Shown here piece by piece: positions 51,042 through 63,577 of a stretch of 64,000 nt of DNA (position 1 is the stretch's first letter; the number at the start of each line of letters is the position of its first letter). The stretch is from positions 49,726,001 to 49,790,000 of the forward strand of contig NC_087447.1 of assembly GCF_036321535.1 (NCBI RefSeq), given 5' to 3'. Position numbers and translations under genes: made by a program. Below the pieces are notes generated by a model, which was not told the origin of the DNA, did not search any database, and saw only the letters and a program-made list of their open reading frames with translations. The DNA is from Camelus dromedarius (lineage: Eukaryota).

Positions 51042-54000
51042 GTAAAGATTTGTGGGTGTTATCTTGGGAAGGTGGGAATGGATGGGAAATCTGAATTCAA
51101 GCCTTAACGACAATTCAAGCCATTCACAGTGACTACGTGTGCTGTGTTGAACCATGTGACATCTCCCATTATGAGCATCTGTTGGTAATTTACCCCACTT
51201 TATGCAAGATTTAAGGCAATTTAGGCTACATATAATGCTATACCAGGTAAAAAGAAAAATCAAGACCTAGGGGGTAAATATTAGTGTTTTATTCTTAAGG
51301 GTCACAAAATTGCAGTGATTGCGCTTCATGATCATCTCTGAACTTCCTGGCAGCCAAGGCAAAAAGGGAAATATGATAGTCATTTGTTCTCATTTTGGGA
51401 AGGGAAGAAGCTTGCTAGCTTCTTAGGGAAACAAGACGTGTTCTAGCATTTGGAACTACAAGATGTTTCAGACACAGATCCTGAGTGATGTAAGGAGCAG
51501 GTATAATAGCAGATATTATGATCAGTGCTTGTCTGTTTTCAGTGAATATTAAAGGCATTACTTAAAATGGAGGTGATTTATCAAGAGCAGTACTAATGTA
51601 GTCCAAGTTCATCTGGCCAGAACCAAGGATAACAATAGATGTGAGGGGTTTTCTTTTCTTCTGAAGCTCTTATAGAAATACTGCTTCTCTCAGCCAGTCG
51701 TGGGTGGGTCGCTGGGGTCATGGCCCTGGGGATTAGGGCCCAGAAAATTTGGTGAGCAGTGACTGAAGAGTGAGACCCTAATTGCTGAAGGGCTTGGGGA
51801 AGGCTTCTGGAAGCACTGCTCCTAGAACTCTGTCCGGAAGATAAGTAGCACTAAAGGGGTGGGGAAAACAAGGAGAGCCTAGGCAGCTGAGTTTGAGAAG
51901 CCTGGAGGGTGGAAGATGGTTAGGAGGTGGAGGAGAGAGGGAGGATCTCCATTTATTGGGAGCCTTCTGGGAGTCAGCACCTTTCCCCAAGGAGTCTCCT
52001 TTAACCCTCCCAGCATCCTGTAAGATGGGTATTCATTTGTCCCATTTTTATAGAAGAGGAAACTGAAGGTCAGAGAGTAACATAGCTGAATGAGACTAAT
52101 AGGGGATTGAGTCAAGATTCCAGTTGCTGTCTGGCCTCAAAGCCTGGGCTCCTCTCAGCATAGCATGCTGCCTCCCCATGTGGCAGAGCTGTGGGAAATA
52201 AGCTTGGACCGATTCTCAGGCTTCCATCAGGCTTGGAGGACAGAGGCAGGAAGAGCCCAGTCTGACTCCGGGTGAGGCTGGGTCAGTTTAGACCAAGTTG
52301 ATCCCTGGGTTTCCTTCCTCCTGCATCATTGGCTGCTCTGGGACCCCCACACTGGTCTTAGCACCTATCTTTTCTGGGGTCAACCTCAAGGGCCTGACAA
52401 GATGAAGGGTGGCCTGGACTGGCTTTCCATCTCATCTCTGCTGGGCCCCCTGCCTGTGGTCTGCAAGCTAGGTTGGCAAGGCAGAGGCATCTGGGCCCTG
52501 GTGCCTGTGGGCGACGCTGGTGGATTGTGGATAATTCTGGCAGAATCCTGAAGGTTTTTCCTGCAGGGGAAAGACCTGTCTGGCCAGCTCACTCAGCAAC
52601 CCAGCCCCGGCACACCCTAGCTGCTAAGGTAACCCAGCAGAAATCATTGGGGTCTGAAGAGCAGAGGCAGTGTGTGTGAGTTTGAAAGTGTGCATGATGC
52701 AGGGTGGTGTATGATTGCTGTTGTGAGTCACTGACTGAGACATCCTGGCATGCTGCCTGGAGGAGGTGGCTGGGTAACCCTACATTTCTCTGCTGCACTC
52801 GGTATTGTGGGGGCGGCTCCAGGGCCAGCTCCCTCTGCCCACGCCAGCCTGAGCCCAGTTTTCCCAGGACCTTTGGGGAAAACCCCGTCTCTTTGGCTGC
52901 AAGGAATCCAAGGCTGTTGTTTGTGGGAGGACATTGCATCATAGGATCCAACCCTCTCATCTTGGAGGTGCGGAAATGGCATCCCAAAGAGGGGCAAGGA
53001 CTGGTCCGGGTTGCGTAGTGACTCCACGCCAGTGCTAGGACTAGAATCCAGGCCCCAGATTCTTTCCCACTGAATGCCTACTGTCTGTTTCTCTGCGAGA
53101 GATTCAATCCTGGATTTCCACCCCCAGACTTCGCCTGTCTCCCCCTCTCTGCTTTACTGTTGGAGACCTGGGTTCAGATCCTGCTCTGTCACTCTATTCA
53201 CTGTTGCTCCCCATGTAGTGCTGGACTCTCTGCTGGGCGTGGGGTCCCAGAAGAGTCTGCCCAGGTCCCCACCCTTGGGTGGGCTCACTGTCTAATGGAT
53301 CCTGCTAGACTCGTCTTTTTTCCCCCAGTACTGTGGGCACACACTTTCTCAAGCTCACTGAGCCTCATTACTTCACGTGTAAAGTGGAGCTCTTCATATG
53401 ATAAAAAGTGGGAAATGATGGTTGCGTGTGAGGGCTGATGGACTCTGTTCTCTCTGCTGGGGCGCTTACACGACCTGCCCCTCAGGAAGCCTCTCGAGGC
53501 TGACAGCTTCCTCCTCCCAGAACAGGATGACCTGACGACCAGCGGTTGGAGCCAGGACAGGCAGGTGCCCTTCTCCACTGATCTCTGTCCTTCCCAGAGA
53601 ACCAAAACAAAACCCAGTGCCTCTTATCTCACCTCTGTTCCAAGAATTCAGCTGGGAGTTGGAGCCACAGGACACATGTGAGCTGGCTCCTGGGCACCAG
53701 GCCCAAAACCAAGCCGGGCCTGAGGCAGGCCAGGCATTATGCCTCAACCTGGGCTCTGCTCTTGCCTGCTGGCGGCCTTGGCCAAGCCCCTGCCCCTCGG
53801 GGCCTCAGGCTCCTCTTCTGTGCAGGGAGGGTTTGGCCTTGTGACCTGACGTCAGGGCTGATGTTCTGTGGAGCCCTGTGCGACCCTCCTGCCCCTCCCC
53901 CCTTTCCCAGCCTCTTACCAATGGTTGTGGAAGGGTCTCTAGCTGGACCCACCCACCCATACTTCCCCACCCTCCTCCTAGTGAGGCTCTTTGCCACCAG

Positions 54001-55115
54001 AGCAGCTCAGCTGGCCCAGAGAGCATCCCCCCTCCCAGCAGAGCTGGGGCTCCTGTGTTCGCAGCAGCGACCAGGACCACCGGCTGCCTGGAAGAGGAGT
54101 GGGCAGTGCCCGGGTCACCTCTCCCTGAGGGACAGGCAGTGTCGTGGGAGAGACTCGGAAAGCCTCTCTGAGCTTAGAATCATCTATCTGTCCCTCTGCC
54201 TCATTTCACAGATGGACCAGCTGAGGCAGAGAGGAAGGACTGTCCCAAGGCTGCAAAGCAAGTCAGTGGCAGGGCTGGTACAGAAACCAAGACTGTCTGC
54301 TTCAGGGCCCGTGTTCTCACTCCGTTCCTCTGCCACCAGCGTGCCCCACTGTGTAAGCTTAGTCAAGTCTCTTCTCTTCTCTGGCTCTGAGTTTCCTCCT
54401 CTGTATGGTGCCAGGCTCTCTGAGCACCTTGCCTACCCTGGGAGGCAGGGAGTGAGGAGTGACTTGCTAGCAATGTGTCCTAGGCTCATGTCAGCCAGCT
54501 GGCCAGGCCCAGGCAGCCCCTTGGGCTGAGACTTTGCCATGGGGAACAGTCAGGGGACTGGAGAGCGGGTGTGTCAACAGAGCCTTCATCAGCATGTCCT
54601 TCCTCCTCCCTCCAGAAATGGACACTCTGTCCCCCCGGGGAGAGGGGAGTGTGGCAAGAAGACTCATCAAAGCTGTATCAGATGCCTGTACTTTTCTGGG
54701 TGTACTGCATCTGGGGCCTTCAAACTGCCCGTCATTTAACCAAAAGTCCTACAGGATAGAGGCTTGGGGGAGGAGGGAAATGATTTAAAGAGCCAGCCAG
54801 GGTCCCACCAGGTGGCATGTCTACATCCCAGGCCCAGGGAAAAGCACAGCTGGCGGGCCTAGTCTCGAGGTTGGGGGTGACTTGATGTGATCTCCAGGGA
54901 AGCAGCAGCTCCTTTCTCTAGGCCTCAGTCTTCACCTTGTAATCAAAGGAATGGCCCAGATCTGGCTCTTCCAGCCCATCCTGTGTTCAGGGCTCTCAGC
55001 CCCAGCTGTCAGCTCATGAACAACCTTCCAATGTGGTACAGGCTGCCTCTGCTCTTCCCTCAACATCCTCCTCCTCCATGGAAACTGGCCCAAGATGCTT
55101 TTTCGTTCTGGCTTT

Positions 55116-55287
55116 TTTAAAAACAATAATTCATTTGTTTGTTTGTTTGCTGGGGGGGAGGTTTAAGTAGGTTTATGTATTTTTTTTTTTTTAATGGAGG
55201 TCAGGGGATTGAACCCAGGACTGTGTGTGTGCTAAGCACACACTCTACCATTAAGCTATACCTCCCCCGCCCCCCCCCCCCCCACCA
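55116..55287 (-). mobile_element. tRNA-derived SINE, Vic-1-like, with extended tail
   Basis: ggggattgaacccagga...ctctaccattaagctatacctcccc; TSD ttctggcttt at 55106-55115 and 55288-55297. Confidence 0.85.
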
Positions 55288-57114
55288 TTCTGGCTTTACT
55301 GAGCTCAGATCTGCTCTCTGAGGCAAAACCCCAGCACAACCACCTTGCAAAGCTCATGTAAAGCTGGGCTCCCTTTAGACCCCCTTGTGCCCACCCCCAC
55401 CAGCCCTGGATTCAGCTGCCACTGTTAGCATTTACGTGGCGGCCAGCTAAGGATTGGTTGGGGTTTTGAGCTGCTTTAATCTGCTCGCCAAAGGGAGAAA
55501 GAGTACAAATGTCCCAAGCAACAGGGTGACACTCAGGGGGTCTTGCTCACACTCAGACACACTGGCCGTGACAGAGCCAGGGGTGGTGCCAACCACCCAC
55601 GCTCCCACCCACTTCTGTCCTCTGTCACCCGAAGACTCAGGTGTCAGTTTCCTGACCTCTCACACCGCCTCCCCCGAAACTGAGCATGAGCTCCTGCCCT
55701 CAGCCAGGACGTTCCCAAAGCTGGAGGCATAGAAAACCCAGGCTCCTGACACTCTGCTGGTGGCCAGGGGCTTGGCTCCCAGCTGGCATCGGTGGGGGGA
55801 CATGGATACTTTGAAGCACAGCAGGTGGGAATGTCATCAGTGCCACCTCTCCAGGGGCAGCGCAGCCCAGCAGACCACAATGGCCATAGACCCAGGCACT
55901 GTATTCTAGCAGTTTGTCTCAAGAAAACAGTCAGATGCGAAGATAGAAATCAGGTATTTATGGAAGCATTATTTCCAAAGGAAATTTTGGAAGCTTTTTA
56001 AAGGCCCAAATTGATGACAATTCTGTTACATGTTGCACAGCCATGAGACAACACGCTACTGAGGGATTCTGATAAAGGAAAATAGCTATGATATGCTTGG
56101 TAGGTAATTATATAAAAATGATATCAACCATATGACCTCAGTTTTGTGGTTTTTAAAAAAGAACGTGAGAGTCAGAAAAAAACTCATGTCAGTGGTTTAT
56201 CTGGATGGAGGTAGGACTTTCGTGCTTTTGATTTTCTTCCTACTTTTCTGTATTATTTTAATTCTCTGGTTATTCACTATTTTTCTTAACAGAAAAAAGT
56301 GATGTTTTCTGAACACGATGCCCATAGCTCTCCATCCCTCTCCTCACCCTCCACCTGCATTGTGTTCCCTATAATGCTGGGTGGGTGCCTCTTGTTGCTC
56401 AGGGATAAGGGAAACTTGGCGCCATCTACCCCACCCTTCATGCCACCAGTTCCAGGGCAGGGGGTGTGCCCTGAGAAAGCTAATCATCCTTTAGAGCATC
56501 CTAGGACAGCTTTGTTGGTAGCACCGCAGGTCAGCTGCCCCAGCTTTATAGCTGACCTCTCTGCCCCTACTGCGGCCGGTACAAGGGCTGTGTGGCTTGT
56601 CCTTGTCCTTCCTGCATTTGAGGCTGAGCTGAGTCTGGCTGCCTGGAAGGAAGTTTCCATTCAGGCCAGCTGCGCTGTCCCTTCTCTGGCCAAAGTAAGG
56701 GATTTGGACTTTACCCCGACGGAAACAGGACATCCCTCTTTATCTGAGAGTGAGGGGTTGCATTGGGGTTTTAGAGCAGTCGCTCTGGCTGTGGGAAGCT
56801 GGGCCCAGAGGTGGGGAATGCAGTAGGCTGGCAGAGTGCAGTTAGGAGGACCTGGTGTGTTTGGTTGGAGAAACAAGGGGAATGAGGGTGAAAGTTTCCC
56901 ACCCGCTTCCCAGGAACTCACAGTCCAAATGGTGACTGCGAAGTACCCGGCACTGTGGCACCAGTGATGAGAGTCTGAGGTCAGCGTGGGAGAGTCACTC
57001 CAGTCCTTCAGGCCGAGGGTCTCAGGGGGCATGTCACACCTAGTCCCTCCCCTCCCTCTGGTACCCAGTACCCCTCTCCTGGCCAGTTCCTCTGACCCGA
57101 GGTCTTCCCTGCAG

Positions 57115-57319
57115 CTGGTGAAGACACACAACCTGCTGACCACCAGGAACTACATCTTTGGCTACCACCCCCACGGCATCATGGGCCTGGGTGCCTTCTG
57201 CAACTTCAGCACGGAGGCCACAGAAGTGAGCAAGAAGTTCCCTGGCATCAGGCCCTACCTGGCCACGCTGGCCGGCAACTTCCGGATTCCAGTGCTAAGG
57301 GAGTACCTGATGTCTGGAG
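57115..57319 (+). CDS. DGAT2: DGAT2 exon 5 (LVKTHNLLTTRNYIFGYHPHG...REYLMSG)
   Basis: Acceptor ccctgcag|57115 and donor 57319|gtgaga; 205 nt; HPHG at 57166-57177. Confidence 0.97.
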
Positions 57320-57908
57320 GTGAGAATCCGCCTCTGCCCGCCCCTGCCCAAGCCTCTCTGTTGGCCAGGAAGCCAATCCACAGGGCCCCAGTGGCTGGTC
57401 CCGTGTGGAGAGATGCAGGCTGCCACAGGCATGGTGGGTCAGGGCTGAGTGGGAGAGATGTTTGTATGATCTTTATTTAGGTTTTTATCCGAGATAACAT
57501 CTTTCCTAGAAAGCCTTCTCTGACCCCTTTTCTGGGCATCCCCAGCCCCTGTGCTGTGCTCTGCACAACCTGATCGTTGTCCATGACTAGTTATCCGCCC
57601 ACCTTGATCCCCACCAGCCTGACTCACTGGCATTCCCCAGCACCTGGTACCAGCCAGCCAGAATTAGGACCTCAGGGAATGTTTGCCAAATGGATGGGTT
57701 CCCGAAACAACCTTGTGTCACTATCCCCGTTTTACAGATAATTAGTTGAGGCTCAGAGAAAGGCATAGCTTATGCAGGGCCATACTTCTAGATGGCTGGG
57801 TTAGGTCTGGGGCCCAAGACCAGGGCTCCTTCTGTCTATACTGTGTGCAGGGGATGGGGAGTACATCCATGGGCAGCCCTGACTGTGTGTCCCCCCTTCA
57901 CTCCCCAG

Positions 57909-58083
57909 GCATCTGCCCCGTGAACCGGGACACCATAGATTACTTGCTTTCAAAGAATGGGAGTGGCAATGCCATCATCATTGTGGTGGGGGGTGCAGCT
58001 GAGTCCCTGAGCTCCATGCCCGGCAAGAATGCTGTCACCCTGCGCAACCGCAAGGGCTTTGTGAAACTGGCCCTGCGCCACGG
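57909..58083 (+). CDS. DGAT2: DGAT2 exon 6 (ICPVNRDTIDYLL...RKGFVKLALRHG)
   Basis: Acceptor ctccccag|57909 and donor 58083|gtgagt; 175 nt. Confidence 0.97.
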
Positions 58084-58896
58084 GTGAGTGCTTCCCTGCA
58101 CACACGCATGCACACGTACACACCCCTCCACAGCTCTGCTCCATCTGGAGCAGCAGCTTCTTGGCTCCTGGGGGCAGGACCCAAACCCCAGAAAAGCATA
58201 GAAGGGAGTTCACCATCCTGTCTGGGAGGGGAGGTTTGAGCCCAGAGGTTCAGGCCAAGTTTACCCAAATGCATGCTGGGTGGCTGGGTGGGCAGAGATG
58301 CAGCCTGTGTCTCCTGGGTCCTCACAGGTGGGCTGAGAGGTCAGGCCCAGATGCAGGACTCTGTCCTGGGGCCAAAGCGTGTCAAGCTGCTAGGAGAGTA
58401 AGAAGCAAGGAAGGAGGATGGTGCGGGTGGAAGCATCAGGGAAGGCTTCTTAGAGGGGTGACCCTGAGGACAGGCAGAGAGGAGCTGGGCAGCTTGGATT
58501 TCTGTGACCTTTTCTGGAAATTCAGAGGCACATTCTGTGTAGCCACCTGTTTAACACGTTTCACTGGGCAAAGCACATTTGTGTCCACCAGCCTGTTTGG
58601 TTCTCCTGCAAAATCCTGCAGTGATGCCACCTCATTTTCTATTTGAGAAAACTGAGTGAGGCTAAGTGACCTGGTCAGGGCCACACTGTAAAGCCCTGGC
58701 GTGCTTGCCAGTCACTAATGGGGCAGAGGGCCTGTCCGCATCTGGCGGTGAGAGGGTATGTGCTTTGGGGTCCCTGGGGGATTATGGTGCACACCTGAGG
58801 GAGGGGAGCTTAGCTGGTGTCCGGGGCCTCTAGGGCTGCCAGGAGGAACTAAAGCCAGTGATTGGGGTGTGACGGACTCTGGCGTCTCCTTTCCAG

Positions 58897-59099
58897 AGCT
58901 GACCTGGTTCCCATCTACTCCTTTGGGGAGAATGAGGTGTACAAGCAGGTGATCTTTGAGGAGGGCTCCTGGGGCCGATGGGTCCAGAAGAAGTTCCAGA
59001 AGTACATTGGCTTCGCCCCATGCATCTTCCATGGCCGAGGCCTCTTCTCCTCTGACACCTGGGGGCTGGTGCCCTACTCCAAGCCCATCACCACTGTTG
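58897..59099 (+). CDS. DGAT2: DGAT2 exon 7 (ADLVPIYSFGENE...PYSKPITTV)
   Basis: Acceptor cctttccag|58897 and donor 59099|gtgagc; 203 nt. Confidence 0.97.
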
Positions 59100-59744
59100 G
59101 TGAGCCCCCTGCCTGCAGACCCTGAACTCGGGGTGCCACAGCTAGATTAGAGGCAGAGTTAGGATTCAGATTTGGGCCCTTGGCTCCAATGTCCATCCTC
59201 TAAACCATTAGGACGCGGACCTGTTTGCGTGCTGATGGGAATGAGCGGTAGGGGTAGAGGATGGGGGATATTTCCATTACCACAAGCTAAGCTGCGCTGG
59301 ATAAGAAGACAGCTTTCAGCCGTTCTATGTCTGTAGAGCTCAGAGTCTATCAGGGAAGACCCTGTTATGGCGGAGAGCAACAGGGTGTGGAGAGGAGGTG
59401 CAGGGTGCTCTGGGGGGTCCCAGCGGACCCCAGGGAGGAGGTGACTCTTACACTATTAGCCGAATAGGAATATCCAGCAAAAGAGGGGAGGAAGAGGGTT
59501 TTTGTCAGAAACAGTAGCCTCAGTGAAGTTCCTGCAGCAAGACTGTATCTATTTTTGAGGAATAGAAAGAAAAAAAAATCAACATTCCTGGAGCAGAGGC
59601 CTGTAAGATGTGTAGCAAAAAACCCCCCATAAAATCCAAAAAAGAAAAACCAAAATAACTGGCTGAAGTGGGCCCTCAGCTGTGTTGTTTTGGGTTTATT
59701 TGGGACAGTTTAGAGGAATCCAAACAATTATCTATTGTAGAGGG

Positions 59745-59746
<2 letters not shown>

Positions 59747-59781
<35 letters not shown>

Positions 59782-59806
59782 TCTGTCTGTCTGTCTGTCT
59801 GTCTGT
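59747..59806. repeat. Compound (TG)n(TCTG)n microsatellite in DGAT2 intron 7
   Basis: Visible TG run followed by TCTG units. Confidence 0.9.
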
Positions 59807-60851
59807 TAATGGTTCACAAGCTAGAGATCACACAGAAGTGCAGGGCCACAAGCCATGGACCTTAGAGGTCAAAGCTCACACAGATACTGGGAGTTATCAG
59901 GGCCAGATGTTTTGCTTTGTACCTTCACAGAGAGACCAAGTTCCTGCATTTTGGGTTATGTAACCCAGACTTACCCTCAACTCTGGTTATACACAAATCC
60001 CACACCTGGTCTGAGGTCTGCGAGGCCGCAGGGACATTTCCATGCATGGGGGGCTGGAGAGGGACAGGGTCTGGCGGACAGTGCGAAGGGATTTGCTCTT
60101 CACTTTAAGAATGGAAAACTACTTGAGGGTTCTGGGGAGAGGAGATTCAGACTGGCATTTTAAAGTGATCCTTGGGGCTGCTGAATAGAAAATGGGTTAG
60201 AAGGGGCAAAAATGGAAGCCAGAAGACCAGTCCAGAGTCTTTTGTGGTAGCCGATCGTTTGGACCGAGGGAATGGCAGTGGAGATGGGAAAGAACTGCAT
60301 GAACTTGGGAGAAATTTCAGGAATAGCGCTGACAGGTCTTCGGGATGAGTTGGGTTTGGAGAGGAGGCAGGATGAAAAAATTAAATTATGCTTGGGTTTA
60401 TGAATGTTGGTCTCCTCCTCCTCCTGCCCTTACCACACTTCTCAAAGCATCCTCAGCAAAGCCCTATGAGGAAGGATCCCCATGTGATAGGTGAGGAAAC
60501 TGAGGCTCAGAGAGGTGAAGTGACTTGCCCAGAGCAGGGACATAGCAAAGCTATTATGTGACCCCACACCTCCCACAGGAGATCCCAGCTGAGCACAGTA
60601 GGCACAGCCAATCGCGGTCTCACCTGCTGCTGAGTGGCTCTGTGGCCTTAGGTAGGTCCCTTCCCATGCCCCTGGGCCTCAGTCCTCTCATATGTAAAAG
60701 GGACAACCTGCGATAGAGCACATTCCATGCAGTTCCTGGCATGTGATTGGCACAGGGTACAGAGTTGACGCCATCAGCATCCTGGTGGACGCCCAGGGAG
60801 CGTGGGCCAAATGGCATTGACTAACCAGAGACCTCTGCCCCATCCCTGCAG

Positions 60852-61006
60852 TGGGTGAGCCCATCACCATCCCCAAGCTGGAGCACCCGACCCAGCAGGA
60901 CATCGACCTGTACCACGCCATGTACATGGAGGCCCTGGTGAAGCTCTTCGACCAGCACAAGACCAAATTCGGCCTCCAGGAGACTGAGGTCCTGGAGGTG
61001 AACTGA
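60852..61006 (+). CDS. DGAT2: DGAT2 exon 8 coding part (VGEPITIPKLEHPT...TEVLEVN*)
   Basis: Acceptor ccctgcag|60852; TGA at 61004-61006; 155 nt. Confidence 0.97.
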
Positions 61007-62050
61007 GCCCATCTGCAGGGGCCAGCTTCTGGGAGGAACCAGCTGCAAACTGTTTTCTACCAAGTTCTCGAGTCTTTTTTGTTCTGTAAATTTGGAAGTG
61101 TCATGGGTGTCTGTGGGCTATTTAAAAGAAATTATAATAATTTTGTTAAACCATTACCATGTTAGGTCTTTTTTAAGAAGGAAAGCAGTGCATGTTTCAA
61201 GCTCTTTCACTTCCAGCTTGTCCTGTTCTAGGTGGTGGCTGACACATCTGGCCCTTTGTGGTTTCCCAACCAACCCCTCTTCATCTCTTCCCAGAATTAC
61301 AGAGAAAACACAGCCCTTGTTACTTGGGGAAGGACAGCCATTAGTGACTCAGGCCAGTTAGATTATTTGCCCTTCGCGGGGTAGAGGCTACTTCTAATAC
61401 AGACAGCTCTGTTCCCAGCTGCCTGACACTTGACTGCAGGACCTGTCCCTCTGGCCAAGGGGAAGACTCTGAAGGCACAAGGGTCCCCATTGTGAAGAGC
61501 GCAGGGGTGAGCATCGGGAGTTCTCAAGCCTGGTTCTCCTTTCTGCCACCCCCCCCACCCCTGGGGCTTTCCAATCTGAGCCTGGACTGGGCTCCAGAGA
61601 GGTGATGGAGTGCCAGTGATCCATGCTGGGATGTAGGACTGTCCAGGTGAACCATCTCTTGCACGATCCAGCCCCATCACTTTCTGGTTGGAGTGACTGG
61701 CTTTCCTCAGGGGGGCCGATGACATAGACCCAGTACAGACCCCACCTTGGCCTGAATCACATACCTCCCAGCAGCCTCGGTTTGCTTAACCCACACTCCC
61801 AGCTGTGGATGTGAGGAAGGAGTCCCATTTCCTGTTGACAGAGGGACCTGGCCTTCTGAGCAGCCGATAGGTTCCAGAACAGAGGTCCCCCAAACCCAAG
61901 CCTCACAGATTTGTGCCTTTCTGAGAGGGTGGGGACCAGGGAGGAAACCTAGTCCTCGGTGTGTTCCCTTTTCTCCTGATGAGATCATGACACCATATCA
62001 GACTTTTGTATATTCCTAAATGAGAACATGAAAACAAGTCCTCTACGAGT
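61007..62050 (+). other. DGAT2 3'UTR (3' end uncertain)
   Basis: Follows the stop codon, with an AU-rich block at about 61075-61180; no canonical AATAAA seen before 62180. Confidence 0.55.
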
Positions 62051-62155
62051 TATTGCTGCATCTTGCCACTGACACGCAGGGAGACCACCGCCCCTGCTGG
62101 GCCACCTGCTGAGCCCTGGCTCCCTTGCCTCTTTGGCCCATGTGGCTCTGTGTGG

Positions 62156-62660
62156 TGTATGAGCTATCTAATGCTGCGGAATAAATTACTCCAAAACTTG
62201 GTGGCTGCAAACAACACTATGTGTACAGTTTCTGAGGGTCAGAAGGAGAGGTCCAGCTTAGCAGGACCATCTGCTCCAGGGTCTCTCACAAGGCTGCACT
62301 CAAGGTGTCAGTGGGGCTGCCATCATCTCAAGGCTGGACGGGGGAGGATCCGCTTCCACAGCCATTCTTCAGGCTGTTGGCAGGGTTCGCTTCCTTCCTG
62401 GCTGTTGACCTGCAGCCACTCCCAGTTCCCTGCCATCCGGCCCTTTCCTAGAGGAGCTCACAGCATGGCAGCTGTCTGTGTCAGAGAGAGTAAGAAGAGC
62501 CAGAGAGAGAGAGTGCAGACAGAAGTCACAGTCCTCTGTAGCCTGAACTTGGAAGTGACCACCTGTCACTTTCGCTGTTTCTTTTCCTTGATGCAAGTCC
62601 CTAGGTCCACCTGACACTCACGAGGGTCACACACGAGCTGAATACCAGGAGGCTGGGCTG
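62156..62660 (-). mobile_element. MaLR (MLT1-type) LTR
   Basis: tgtatgagctatctaatgctg...aaattactccaaaacttggtggct...acagtttctgagggtcag resembles the reverse complement of an MLT1 3' end. Confidence 0.7.
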
Positions 62661-63151
62661 GTGAAGGTGGTGAAGGCTCGTGCCCAGCTGTCAGGTCCTG
62701 GAATGGCTGGGCTGGGAAGATCCATGTAGATCACTCAGACCGTGTCCCCTTGCACCTGGCCTTAGTTACACCACGAAGGAGGAGACCTGGCCTGCTGTCA
62801 CTCTAGTGATTTCATGCCACACCCGGACCTCACAAAAGGCCACCTCTCTCTGTTCTAACTCCAATTCAGTAAGTACCAAGCCCCTGGGACCCTTTCCTGC
62901 TGAGACTAAAGGGGCTCCTTCCCGCTTCCCCACTGCCTAAGGCCTGTCCTCGCCATTCATCCGCCTCAGGGAACACTCTGCGCCAGAAGCAGTGCACAGG
63001 CTGCTTGGGAGCAGAAACAAACATTGGAAACAGCCGAGACATGCAGGGTGGTCAGAGCTGTGACAGGGAGGCCCCTGACCCAACGGGGGGTGCCTCATTG
63101 AGCTGAGGCCCCAGTGCCTGAGCTAGGACTCAGGGTGATGAAATTTGCCAG

Positions 63152-63577
63152 TGTTACAGAAACGACAGGCTAGCCAAGAAACAAGCACCACTCGGAGGGC
63201 TGGAGTACTCAGCTTTATTATGCCGGTGGGCTCAGAGGGGGTTCTGCTCCGGAGCTCTGAGCACCTTCAAGATGGGTGAGTGAGGTTTTACAGGGTTAAT
63301 TACAAGCTTGGGGTATTCGGCCAATAGGCATGGAGCAGCTTTAGCAGCATCATTATCACAAAAGTAGAGGCAGGGAGGCAGCAACAAACCAACATTCCAA
63401 GGCCAGATATGTGTCTGAAAATCCAGCTGGCTAGCAGAAAAAACAAGAGCAGGGAATCAGCAAACTGACATTTATTAATTTAGATTTACGAGTTAGCCCA
63501 GCAGAACTCAGGTCAGTAATCCGACACTTCTTAAACTTAGATTTACGAGTTAGGCCTAGCCTAGCTTTTCCTTTACA
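63152..63577 (-). mobile_element. ERV1-like solo LTR (426 bp)
   Basis: TG...CA termini flanked by a 4-bp TSD ccag (63148-63151, 63578-63581); AATAAA on the - strand at 63214-63219; CCAAT near 63321; internal 17-bp direct repeat. Confidence 0.75.

Larger units (their letters stand above)
32268..61006 (+). other. DGAT2: DGAT2 gene span (diacylglycerol O-acyltransferase 2), 361 aa: join(32268..32307,45408..45536,50480..50587,50971..51041,57115..57319,57909..58083,58897..59099,60852..61006)
   Basis: Eight GT/AG exons total 1086 nt, open frame from MKTLIAAYSGVLRG-TGSSILSALQ to TEVLEVN*; YFP, HPHG, RKGF and FGEN motifs intact. Confidence 0.97.

Noticed and set aside
53678..54529. Longest ORF in the track (283 aa)
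   Set aside because: Lies in DGAT2 intron 4, starts at a non-ATG codon, runs through MIR-like sequence and shows no recognisable domain.
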